This document shows, piece after piece, positions 55,469 through 64,000 of a stretch of 64,000 nt of DNA; positions within the stretch are counted from its first letter, which is position 1, and the number at the start of each line of letters is the position of its first letter. The translations under genes and the position numbers were made by a program. Source of the DNA: Candidatus Eiseniibacteriota bacterium (lineage in GTDB: Bacteria > Eisenbacteria > RBG-16-71-46 > JABDJR01); assembly GCA_963762255.1 (NCBI GenBank), contig CAVXKA010000002.1, forward strand, positions 768,001 through 832,000, written 5' to 3'. The notes beneath the pieces are model-generated. The model worked only from the letters and a program-made list of their open reading frames with translations. It did not search any database and was not told the origin of the DNA.

Positions 55469-56458
55469 CTATCCCGTCCAACCGTTGCGCAAGAGCTTCG
55501 CCGCGTCCCGCGCGAAGTAGGTCAGGATCATGTCCGCCCCCGCGCGGTGGATCGAGGTGAGGCTCTCCATCATCACGCGGTCTCCGTCGAGCCACCCGTT
55601 GGCGGCGGCCGCGCGGATCATGCTGTATTCCCCGCTCACCTGGTAGGCGGCGGTGGGCACGCCGAAGCGATCCTTCACGCGCCGGATCACGTCGAGGTAG
55701 GGCATGGCCGGCTTCACCATCACCATGTCCGCACCCTCCTCGAGGTCGATGGCCACCTCGCGCAGCGCCTCGTCGCTGTTGGCCGGATCCATCTGATGCG
55801 AACGACGATCGCCGAACGCGGGGGTGGACTCCGCGGCGTCGCGGAAGGGCCCGTAGAAGCCCGATGCGTACTTCGCCGCGTAGGAGAGGATCGGCAACTC
55901 GGGGAAGCCCGCGGTGTCGAGCGCGGAGCGAATCGACGTCACCATGCCGTCGATCATGCCCGACGGCGCGATCACATCCGCTCCCGCGCGGGCCAGCGAA
56001 ACCGCCTGGCGGGTGAGGTTCTCGAGGGTCGCGTCGTTGTCGAGCGCGCCGTCCCGCATGACCCCGCAATGGCCGTGCTCGGTGTACTCGCAGAAGCAGA
56101 GATCCACCATCGCGACCAACTCCGGCGCCGTCTTCTTCATGGCGTCCAGACCGCGCTGCACGATTCCGTTGTCGCGCCAGGAAGCGGATCCGGTGGCGTC
56201 CTTCTCGTCGGGGATGCCGAAGAGGATCACCGAGGGAATGCCCTCGTCGCGGATCTTCGCGGCCTGCGCCGCGAACGTGTCCACCGACCACTGGCTCACT
56301 CCGGGCATCGATCCCACCGGCTTGTTGACTCCGGTGCCGGGGCAGATGAAGACGGGGTAGATGAAACCGTCGGTGGTGAGACGGGTCTCGCGCACGAGCC
56401 GGCGCACGCCGGGGTGCTTGCGCAACCGGCGCATGCGAAGCGTGGGATAGGTCGTCAT
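55469..56458 (-). CDS. hemB: Porphobilinogen synthase
   Basis: RMRRLR, CFCEYTEHGHC, SYAAKYAS, MVKPA, YQVSGEY. Confidence 0.97.
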   Translation of the reverse strand: MTTYPTLRMRRLRKHPGVRRLVRETRLTTDGFIYPVFICPGTGVNKPVGSMPGVSQWSVDTFAAQAAKIRDEGIPSVILFGIPDEKDATGSASWRDNGIVQRGLDAMKKTAPELVAMVDLCFCEYTEHGHCGVMRDGALDNDATLENLTRQAVSLARAGADVIAPSGMIDGMVTSIRSALDTAGFPELPILSYAAKYASGFYGPFRDAAESTPAFGDRRSHQMDPANSDEALREVAIDLEEGADMVMVKPAMPYLDVIRRVKDRFGVPTAAYQVSGEYSMIRAAAANGWLDGDRVMMESLTSIHRAGADMILTYFARDAAKLLRNGWTG

Positions 56459-57237
56459 GAGGTGCTCCTCGAGGTTTTGAACGCGTCCAATGCGATGACC
56501 GCCGCCACCAACGACGCATCCGACGGCCGCGAACACTGCGCGACCTTCTTCGTTCCCAACTCGCTCAGGCGGCGGGAGGTGGCGGGGCCGACAGAGACCG
56601 CGGTGGCTTCGTCGCGCCACCGTACGGCCGCCGCGGGAGCGCCGGCGGCGAAGACCGCTTCCACCGCGGACGGGCTGTGAAAGACGGCCGCTCCGGGGAT
56701 CGTCCCGTCCAGGTTCGCCTGCTCTTGCGGCGACAGTTCCCGGTCCACTGTTTCGTAGACCTGAAACACCGAGACCTCCGCGCCGCGCCTGGACAGGGCT
56801 TCGGGAAGCACTCGCGTCGCGCTCCCCTCGCGGTTGCCGGCAGGGATCCACACCCGACGGCCGCGCAAGTCGTGGGTGAGAAGCGCGCCGAGAAGTCCTT
56901 CAGCGGTCTCCTCCTCCGGCGTCGCCTCCACGCGCCAGCGCCAGGCGGCGGCGCTCTCCGCGGTGCGCCGGCCCACCGCCGCCGCACGAACGGCGGATCT
57001 GGCCATCCGGATCGCGGGGGCCCGGCAGAGCGCGTCTTCGAAACTCTGCACTGCGTTGGCGCTCACGAAGACGACCCAGTCGGGGGGTTCGCCCGCGGGG
57101 AGCGCCGCCGCCGGGAGCGAGCGCACGACCAGCACCGGCGCCGCGACGACGGAAAGACCCGCCTCCGTGAGCGCTCGCGCGGTGACGGCGTTGCCCGGCG
57201 CCGGCCGCGTCACCCAGACCGAAGGCGCGGCGGTCAC
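56455..57237 (-). CDS. hemD: Uroporphyrinogen-III synthase
   Basis: WVTRP, FVSANAV, AVGRRTA, VYET, FHSPSAV; position in the hem operon. Confidence 0.88.
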   Translation of the reverse strand: MTAAPSVWVTRPAPGNAVTARALTEAGLSVVAAPVLVVRSLPAAALPAGEPPDWVVFVSANAVQSFEDALCRAPAIRMARSAVRAAAVGRRTAESAAAWRWRVEATPEEETAEGLLGALLTHDLRGRRVWIPAGNREGSATRVLPEALSRRGAEVSVFQVYETVDRELSPQEQANLDGTIPGAAVFHSPSAVEAVFAAGAPAAAVRWRDEATAVSVGPATSRRLSELGTKKVAQCSRPSDASLVAAVIALDAFKTSRSTS

Positions 57238-57239
57238 GT

Positions 57240-58190
57240 TCAGCTTTCCGCCTCGCCCGCGACGCGGATCTCGGCCAGGATGTCCGCCGCTCCGCGGCCG
57301 ATGAGTCGCTGCGCCAGCTCGCGTCCGATGCGCTCCGCGTCCTCGCGGGGGCCTCGGTGGGTGTCGCGCACGAGGCGCGTGCCGTCCACCGACGCCACCA
57401 GGCCGTCGAGCACGACGTCGCCGCCGTCCAGTTGCGCGAGCGCGGCGACCGGAACCTGACATCCCCCTTCCAACTCCGCCAGGAGCGATCGCTCGGCCGT
57501 GACCCGCGAGCGGGTCTCCGCGTGATCGAGCACGGAAAGCAGCGCGCCCGTGCTCGCGTCGTCGCGCCCTTCGATGGCGAGAGCGCCCTGCCCGGGAGCG
57601 GGGAGGAACACGTCCGGCTCGAGCGCTTCGGTCACGTGCTCGGCGAGGCCCAACCGCACGAGGCCAGCCATGGCGAGGAACATCCCGGCCATGGACCCTT
57701 CGCGAAACTTGCGCAGCCGCGTGTCCACGTTGCCCCGGATCTCCTCCACCCGCGCACCGGGGTACCGATGACGAACCTGGGACTTTCGCCGGAGCGAACC
57801 GGTGGCCACCACCGCGTTCTGCGGCAGATCGAAGTAGCGAAGCCCGTTGCGGCCGATCCACGCGTCCCGGGGATCGAAGCGCGCGGGATGAGCCCACACG
57901 GTGAGGCCGGGGATGGGTTCGGTGGGGAGATCCTTGAGACTGTGCACGGCGAGATCGGCACTGCCATCCAGCAGCGCGTCCTGGATTTCTTTCGTGAACG
58001 CGCCCTTGCCGCCGCCCAGCGCCTGCAGCGAGGCCCCCTGGAATCGATCGCCGCTCGTCTTGATGATGCGCAACTCCACGTCGAGCCCGGGATGGGCCTC
58101 CATCAAGCGCTCGCGCACCCAGCGCGACTGCCAGAGCGCGAGGTCGGATCCGCGCGTCGCGATGGTGACCCTAGAAGGGCTGCTCGTCAT
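57240..58190 (-). CDS. hemC: Hydroxymethylbilane synthase
   Basis: ATRGSDLALWQ, AVHSLKD, GSLRR, RGNVDTRL, EGGCQVP. Confidence 0.97.
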   Translation of the reverse strand: MTSSPSRVTIATRGSDLALWQSRWVRERLMEAHPGLDVELRIIKTSGDRFQGASLQALGGGKGAFTKEIQDALLDGSADLAVHSLKDLPTEPIPGLTVWAHPARFDPRDAWIGRNGLRYFDLPQNAVVATGSLRRKSQVRHRYPGARVEEIRGNVDTRLRKFREGSMAGMFLAMAGLVRLGLAEHVTEALEPDVFLPAPGQGALAIEGRDDASTGALLSVLDHAETRSRVTAERSLLAELEGGCQVPVAALAQLDGGDVVLDGLVASVDGTRLVRDTHRGPREDAERIGRELAQRLIGRGAADILAEIRVAGEAES

Positions 58191-59466
58191 CGTCCTCTGC
58201 TTCCCCATCGTCGAGATGGAACATGTGGCGAAGCGCGGCGAGCCGCTCCATCTGGACCGGATCGTCGGCGCGGTAGCCCTTGACCTCGGTGGTGATCCCC
58301 ATGAGGAGCTTGCGCACCAGGTTGCGGCTGAAGATGTCGAGCGGCTCGCGATCCTCCTCCTTGAAGCGTCTCGCGTTCTTGCCGATCTCGAATTCGCGGA
58401 CGGCGTCGAATGCCTGGTGCAGGTCACGGATGACCGGCCCGGCGGCGAGGCTCTCCAGCCAGCGCATGAACCCCTCGACCTCGGCCTGCACCATCTGCTC
58501 GACGACCGGGACCTCCTTCTCCCTCCGGGCGAGGTTGCGGTCCACGACGCTGGTCAGAGCGTCCATGTCGAAACGAAACACGCTGCCGATGCCGTCCACC
58601 GCGGGATCCACGTCGCGCGGTACCGCGATGTCGATGAGGACGAGCGGCTTCCCCTCGCGCCGGTGCATGACCTCGCGCACGAGATCCCGACCGATGATGG
58701 CGTGAGGGGCGCCGGTGGTTGAAACCACGATGTCCACGCGGGCCATCGCGTCACCGAGCCTGTCGAAGGAGACCGTTTCCCCTCCCAAATCGCGGGCCAG
58801 CACATCAGCCTTGTCTTTGGTGCGGTTCGCGATGAGGAGCGGCTCCACCTTGCGCGCCAGCAGATGCTGCGCGCACAGGGCGCCGTTCTCCCCCGCTCCA
58901 ACGAGCAACGCACCGCGACCCTCGAGCTTCTGGAAGACCTTCTCCGCCAACTCCACCGCCGCGAACGCAACCGACACCGCGCCCAGCCCGATCCGGGTTT
59001 CGCTGCGCGCCCGCTTGCCGATGTGGAACGCACGCGCCGCCAGCCTGTGAAGGACGCTTCCCGCCGCTTCGGCGTCGCGGGCGATGTCGTAGGCCGTCTT
59101 CACCTGGCCCAGGATCTCTTGCTCACCAAGAACCAGCGAGTCCAGCCCGCACGCCACACGGAACAGGTGCCGCACCGCGTTTTCGTTCGTCTCCAGATAG
59201 ATGTAGTCGAGCCGGCGCCCGTTTCCCTCGGGAATGCGGGTCAGGAAGAGCCGCTCTCGCATGCTGGGCGCGATCCCCTGCGGATCTGGGACGACGGCAT
59301 AGACCTCGGTCCGGTTACACGTGCTGAGCAGCATGGCCTGCGGGACGTCCTGCTCCTCCCGCAGCGCGCGCAGCGCACGCAGCGCCTCCTCGCGGGAGTA
59401 CACGACCTGCTCCCGAACCGGGAGCGGCGCCGTGCGATGGTTGAGACCGAGCAGGACGAGTCCCAT
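58171..59466 (-). CDS. hemA: Glutamyl-tRNA reductase
   Basis: LNHRTAP, STCNRTE, GLDSLVLGEQEILGQ, GAGE, DIAVPRD. Confidence 0.97.
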   Translation of the reverse strand: MGLVLLGLNHRTAPLPVREQVVYSREEALRALRALREEQDVPQAMLLSTCNRTEVYAVVPDPQGIAPSMRERLFLTRIPEGNGRRLDYIYLETNENAVRHLFRVACGLDSLVLGEQEILGQVKTAYDIARDAEAAGSVLHRLAARAFHIGKRARSETRIGLGAVSVAFAAVELAEKVFQKLEGRGALLVGAGENGALCAQHLLARKVEPLLIANRTKDKADVLARDLGGETVSFDRLGDAMARVDIVVSTTGAPHAIIGRDLVREVMHRREGKPLVLIDIAVPRDVDPAVDGIGSVFRFDMDALTSVVDRNLARREKEVPVVEQMVQAEVEGFMRWLESLAAGPVIRDLHQAFDAVREFEIGKNARRFKEEDREPLDIFSRNLVRKLLMGITTEVKGYRADDPVQMERLAALRHMFHLDDGEAEDDDEQPF

Positions 59467-59478
59467 CTTCGGTTTCCT

Positions 59479-60348
59479 CTAGCTGACGAACACGTGGAAC
59501 TTCGTGAGGAAGAAGTTCACCGCGAAGAGAGAAAACAAGACGACCAGGAATCCGAACAACGACGAGTAGGCCATGCGCGGGCCCTTCCAGGCCCTGAACT
59601 GCCGTCCGAGAATGGCAAGCCCGTAGAGCGCCCAGGTCCCGAACGCGACCAGGACCTTGGGATCCAGGTACACCGGCCGGCGCGTGTCGAGTGAGAGCGT
59701 ACGCGCAAGGTGCGAGCCCCAGATCGCACCCAGGATGATGGCCACGGTGAGCAGGGTGAACCCGGCTACCGAGGCGTAGAAGTTCATCCGGTCGAGAATG
59801 TCGAGCGACGGAAGTCGCCTGAAAACGAGGCCGAAGCTCTTGGTGCGGATCTGATGGTAGAGCATGAGGTACAGGAGCCCGTACACCGCCGCCACCGCGA
59901 AGGCCGAGTACCCCAGCACCGCCGCAGAGACGTGGAAACTGAAGAGCGTGCTGCCGAGGATCTGCGGAATCTCCCGGTCGAGCTTGGGGAAGAGCGTGTT
60001 CAGGATCTGAAATACCAGAACCAGGAAGAGGATGAACGGTCCGGTGTGTGGCGTTCCCGTCTTGGACTCCACGAACAGATACGTAGCGGCCACCGCGAAC
60101 CCGACCGCGCCGAGCGCCTGGTATACCGTCACCAGGGGGATGTGCTCGAAATACAGGGTGAAACCGAGCAGGTAGATCAGGTTCGCCACCACCGCGGTCA
60201 TGAGCAGCGGGCGCGCCAGCCGGCGGACCATCGATTCGTCGGTGGCGAACACCAGCACATAGTCGAAGAAAGCCACCCCGTAGAGGACGGGGAGCAACTC
60301 AAGCAACGCGCTCAGCAGCAGCTTGGCGTCGATCATTGCCGCTTCCAC
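59479..60348 (-). CDS. Cytochrome c assembly protein CcsA/HemX family
   Basis: About 8 TM helices, conserved His, LPSLDILD, GAIW, DPK; adjacent to hemA. Confidence 0.85.
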   Translation of the reverse strand: MEAAMIDAKLLLSALLELLPVLYGVAFFDYVLVFATDESMVRRLARPLLMTAVVANLIYLLGFTLYFEHIPLVTVYQALGAVGFAVAATYLFVESKTGTPHTGPFILFLVLVFQILNTLFPKLDREIPQILGSTLFSFHVSAAVLGYSAFAVAAVYGLLYLMLYHQIRTKSFGLVFRRLPSLDILDRMNFYASVAGFTLLTVAIILGAIWGSHLARTLSLDTRRPVYLDPKVLVAFGTWALYGLAILGRQFRAWKGPRMAYSSLFGFLVVLFSLFAVNFFLTKFHVFVS

Positions 60349-60415
60349 TCCGACGCCGGTACGCTAGCGCCGCCCGGGACGCCGCCCCTCGAGCGTGCTT
60401 CGAGGCGAGTCCTCC

Positions 60416-61768
60416 TCATGCCGGCCATGAGTCCCCTCCCCACCAGGTTTGCCGCCCCTCGCTGGTCACCAGGTGCTTGATCAGGTTTCGCGCCACCGGA
60501 GGTTCGTCCCCGATTCGAAACGCCTTGGCCACGAATTCGCGAGCCACCCGGCTCCCCACCGAGTCCGACGCGGCGAGGACGGTGGCCAGTGCTTCGCCCG
60601 CCTCCACGCGATCGCCGTAGCGGCGGTTCAAGAGGACTCCCACCGAGGGGTCGACCGAGTCTTCCGCGCGCCGACGCCCTCCCCCCAATTCAACCACGGC
60701 TTCGCCGATCAAGTACGGGTCGACGTCGGTCACGTATCCCGCCTCGGGGGCGGGAATCTCGATGCGCACCGGCGCCACCGGCAGGAGGCTCGGGTCGCGC
60801 ACGACGCGCGGGTCGCCGCCCTGGGCCTTCACCATGGCCTCGAAGCGGTCGAGGCCGGAACCGTCGGTCGCGGCGCGCTCCATGTCCGCCCAGGCATCTC
60901 CCCAGGAGCCGGCCTTTCCGCCGAGGAGAAGCATCGCGGCGCCCAGGGTGTTCACCAACTCGGTGAGATCGGCCGGGCCCTTTCCGCTCAAGCAGTCCAG
61001 GGCCACCTTCACTTCCACGGCGTTCCCGGCGGCGGTACCCAGCGGAACGTCCATGTCGGTGACGAAGGCCGCCACCCGCTTGCCCATCAGCGTGCCGACG
61101 CGGGTCAGCTCCTCGGCGAGCCGCAGCGCGTCTTCTTCGGTCTTCATGAAGGCCCCGCGCCCGCACTTCACGTCGAGCACGAGTGCGTCGATCCCTTCCG
61201 CCACCTTCTTCGAGAGGATGCTGCTCACGATCAGCGGGACCGATTCGACGGTCGCGGTCACGTCGCGCAGCGCGTACATGCGCCGGTCGGCCGGCACGAG
61301 CGACTCGGTCTGTCCCCCCATCACGAATCCCACGTCCTTGAGGATGCGGTGGAAGGTGTCTCGGTCGAGGGTCGTGCGCAGTCCGGGGATGCTCTCCAGC
61401 TTGTCCAGGGTTCCGCCGGTGTGGCCGAGACCCCGGCCGGAGACCATCGGTACCGGTACCCCGCAGGCGGCTACGAGCGGCGCCAAGGGGAGCGACACGA
61501 GATCCCCCACCCCGCCCGTCGAGTGTTTGTCGACCTTGAGGCCGGGCACGTCGGGGAAGGTGAACGTCTCCCCGGTCTCCACCATCACCCGGGTCAAGGT
61601 GGCGGTCTCGCGCGCGGACATGCCGCGGAAGAAGACAGCCATGAGGAACGCCGTCATCTGGTACGGCGCCACCTCTTCGTTGACGAAGGCACGCAAGAAG
61701 GCCTCGATTTCCTCGTCCCGGAGTTCGCGACCGTCGCGCTTGGCGCGGATCACATCGCGCGCGTTCAT
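60416..61768 (-). CDS. pdp: Thymidine/pyrimidine-nucleoside phosphorylase
   Basis: KRDG, DKHSTGGVGD, SGRGLGHTGGTLDKLE, LDVKCG. Confidence 0.93.
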   Translation of the reverse strand: MNARDVIRAKRDGRELRDEEIEAFLRAFVNEEVAPYQMTAFLMAVFFRGMSARETATLTRVMVETGETFTFPDVPGLKVDKHSTGGVGDLVSLPLAPLVAACGVPVPMVSGRGLGHTGGTLDKLESIPGLRTTLDRDTFHRILKDVGFVMGGQTESLVPADRRMYALRDVTATVESVPLIVSSILSKKVAEGIDALVLDVKCGRGAFMKTEEDALRLAEELTRVGTLMGKRVAAFVTDMDVPLGTAAGNAVEVKVALDCLSGKGPADLTELVNTLGAAMLLLGGKAGSWGDAWADMERAATDGSGLDRFEAMVKAQGGDPRVVRDPSLLPVAPVRIEIPAPEAGYVTDVDPYLIGEAVVELGGGRRRAEDSVDPSVGVLLNRRYGDRVEAGEALATVLAASDSVGSRVAREFVAKAFRIGDEPPVARNLIKHLVTSEGRQTWWGGDSWPA

Positions 61769-63261
61769 AGCATCGCCTCCGTCGCCGCAGGCAGGCCGTT
61801 CCGCTCGGCGGGGCCGGCGGCGAGGCGTTCCGCCAACGCCTTCGCCTCCCGCACGCAGTCGTTCACGCCGATGCCTCGGTACGCGTTGTTCAGGAGATGG
61901 AGCCCGGGAAATTCCTGCAAGTCCTGCTCCAAGCGGCGGAGACGCTCGGGATGCCCCATCACGTATTGCGGGATGCCCTTGGGATGGCGGAAGAGCCGCG
62001 TCTCCTTGGGCATGCCGGTGATGCCGCCGAGCATGCGTCCCAATTCTCCGTGGACGAGGTCGACCGTCCGTCCCTCGGAAAGCGCCGCTCCCTCGGGGTC
62101 GCGCGCTCCTCCCACCATCGTGCGCATGAGCACCCGCTGATTCTTGACGTGGGGAGGGAAGATGCTTCCGTTCCAGATGCAGCCCAAGAGCCGGGGGCCT
62201 TGCCCGCGAGGAATGATGAACCCGAACCCATCGAGATCGTGTGCGATCTGACGCCGGTCGTAGATCAGGCACGCCACGGTGATGCCGGCGTAGGGAATGG
62301 CCTCGAGCGTGCGCGCCACCGAGGCGAAGCGCCGCTTGAGGATCGCCGGGCCGGCGAACGACGGGGTGGCCAGCACCACGCGCCGCGCTCGCAGCGTCCA
62401 CGGCACGCCGTTGCGGATCGTTTCGATGCGGTAGCCCCCGTCGACCGGTTCCAGGTCGACGACCCGGGTGGAGAGGGAGAGTCGCGGCCCCGCGATCTCG
62501 GCCAGACGGCCGACGAGAACCTGCATGCCCTCATCGAAGGACGTCAGCGTGCCGCCGGGTCCCATCGGGCCGCCGGACTTCACCTTGGTACGACGCGCCG
62601 TGCGCATCTTCGCGATCATGGCCTTCACCAGACTGCCGTGCGTTTCCTCCATCTGCTTCATGCGGGGAAACGCGGACTGGAGACTCAGGTTCTCGGGATC
62701 GCCGGCGTAGATGCCGGAGACCATGGCGTCCACCAGCACCGAGGCCGCCTCGCGCCCGATACGCCGGGACGCAAACGCGAACACGCTCTCGTCGCCCCCT
62801 ACCGGGCCGCGCGGCATGAACGGTTCGAGCAGAACACGCGCGCGTCCGCGCCGGCTCAACAAGTCGCTCCTGAAGAACGCGGCCGGCTTCATGGGGAGCG
62901 CCCGAAGCGCCCCGTTCACCCAGAGGAAGCGTCGTTCGGCCTTCTCGTTGGCGACCAGAATGTGCTCGCCGAGGCCCACCTCGTGAGCCAGATCCCAGGT
63001 GAAGGGGACATTGGTGAGAAAGCCGTTCGGTCCCCACTCGCAGAGGCATCCACCGACCCAGTCGGAGCGCATGGTGCCACCCGGGTGGGCTTCCGATTCG
63101 AGCACCGCGACGGACCAATCGGCGCGCCGCTCCAGCGCCTCGCGGGCCAGCGCAAGCCCCGAGACTCCCGCGCCCACGATGGCGAGGTCGAGGAACGCCG
63201 GAGCGTTCCCGCCGCCCGGGGAGCCCGAATCCCGGCTCAATGTCTGGTTCGTTCCGCTCAC
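61765..63261 (-). CDS. hemY: Protoporphyrinogen oxidase, HemY type
   Basis: IVGAGVSGL, EWGPNGF, SGIYAGD, GFGF, IPQY..GH, GIGVNDC. Confidence 0.93.
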   Translation of the reverse strand: MSGTNQTLSRDSGSPGGGNAPAFLDLAIVGAGVSGLALAREALERRADWSVAVLESEAHPGGTMRSDWVGGCLCEWGPNGFLTNVPFTWDLAHEVGLGEHILVANEKAERRFLWVNGALRALPMKPAAFFRSDLLSRRGRARVLLEPFMPRGPVGGDESVFAFASRRIGREAASVLVDAMVSGIYAGDPENLSLQSAFPRMKQMEETHGSLVKAMIAKMRTARRTKVKSGGPMGPGGTLTSFDEGMQVLVGRLAEIAGPRLSLSTRVVDLEPVDGGYRIETIRNGVPWTLRARRVVLATPSFAGPAILKRRFASVARTLEAIPYAGITVACLIYDRRQIAHDLDGFGFIIPRGQGPRLLGCIWNGSIFPPHVKNQRVLMRTMVGGARDPEGAALSEGRTVDLVHGELGRMLGGITGMPKETRLFRHPKGIPQYVMGHPERLRRLEQDLQEFPGLHLLNNAYRGIGVNDCVREAKALAERLAAGPAERNGLPAATEAML

Positions 63262-63278
63262 TGCAATTGCATCCCCTG

Positions 63279-64000
63279 CTATACCGTGCGCGAAAAGAGA
63301 GGTTTATCCCGGGGTGTCTGCTTCAAGTACTTGTCGAAGGGCATCACCACGTTACGCACGAAGAGCTGCCCCAGCGGCAGAACCACCATCTTCTCCCCAC
63401 GCCGCTCGTAGAAACCGGGGTCGATCGTGCGGTCCAACTCGGCCAGCTCCTCGGCGAAATAGCGGTCGAACTCGACTCCGAAGCGAGCTTTCACCACGTC
63501 CACGTCCAGTTCGAAGTTGCACATGAGCGAGTGAATCACATAGCGGCGCAACATGTCATCGTCGCTGAGAAGGCACCCTTTTTCCACGGGAAGCCGGCCC
63601 GCGTCGAGGGCCGGATAGTACTCGGAGAGTTTCTTCGCATTCTGAACGTACGCGCCTCCCACATCGCCGATCGCGGAGATGCCGAAGCCGACCATGTCCG
63701 GGGCCGCCTTCACCGTGTACCCCATGAAATTGCGGGCAAGGGTGCCCTTCAGACGAGCCTGGGCCAACTCGTCCTCAGGCCGCGCGAAGTGGTCCATGCC
63801 GATCTGCAGGTATCCGGCTTCGGTGAAGGTCTCGACGGCGGCGGCGAACAGCGCGAACTTGACGTCGCGCGCGGGGAGATCCCCCTCGTGAATCCGCTTC
63901 TGGTTGGGCCGGATCCACGGCACGTGCGCGTAGGAGTAGACCGCGGTCCGGCCCGGGGCCAGCGCGATCACCTCGGCGAGGTTCTCGCGAAAGCTCTCCA
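63279..64000 (-). CDS. hemN: Oxygen-independent coproporphyrinogen III oxidase, 5' part outside the window
   Basis: YSYAHVPW, IGMDHFA, RNFMGY, GISAI, YVQN, LMCNF, FSRTV. Confidence 0.92.
   Translation of the reverse strand, partial: ESFRENLAEVIALAPGRTAVYSYAHVPWIRPNQKRIHEGDLPARDVKFALFAAAVETFTEAGYLQIGMDHFARPEDELAQARLKGTLARNFMGYTVKAAPDMVGFGISAIGDVGGAYVQNAKKLSEYYPALDAGRLPVEKGCLLSDDDMLRRYVIHSLMCNFELDVDVVKARFGVEFDRYFAEELAELDRTIDPGFYERRGEKMVVLPLGQLFVRNVVMPFDKYLKQTPRDKPLFSRTV

Noticed and set aside
54150-56519. Apparent 789-aa HemL fusion, and N-terminally extended ORFs for thiE, hemB, hemC, hemD and pdp
   Set aside because: The extensions are off-frame overlaps with upstream genes; true starts lie at the conserved N-termini
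61584-63090. CACCCGGG cores inside pdp (about 61586) and hemY (about 63078)
   Set aside because: They lie in coding sequence without the extended TGATCA arms and are expected by chance at this GC content

Overview
High-GC bacterial chromosome segment. The secreted proteins with FlgD-Ig/T9SS-like tails and 'TWGRLK'-type tails suggest an FCB-adjacent candidate lineage such as Ca. Eisenbacteria or Krumholzibacteriota (inference; the complete 16S gene here can test it). Housekeeping content: a bacterial histone, thiS-thiG-thiE, rnr, acyl-CoA dehydrogenase-lemA-DUF2207, ispH, ald, a phosphomutase and GH57, a full rRNA operon (16S-tRNA-Ile-tRNA-Ala-23S-5S, minus strand), tyrS, PBP1A and a heme operon. 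Most notable: (1) A family of loop-less palindromes built from TGATCA/CCCGGG hexamers brackets two unrelated accessory blocks inserted at convergent gene junctions. One block is an integrase-less integron cassette with a disarmed toxin-antitoxin pair. The other is a surface lipoprotein gene with poly-G tracts. (2) An unnamed ~190-aa Cys-rich domain occurs four times in two secreted proteins that carry two different C-terminal tags. (3) A luxE-luxC-aminotransferase operon lacks luciferase. (4) A respiratory cluster holds 43 CxxCH motifs (two CbcL-like cytochrome c/b fusions plus a HybA/HybB-like pair and a multiheme cytochrome, no hydrogenase). Three genes carry single-base frameshifts that may be long-read errors.
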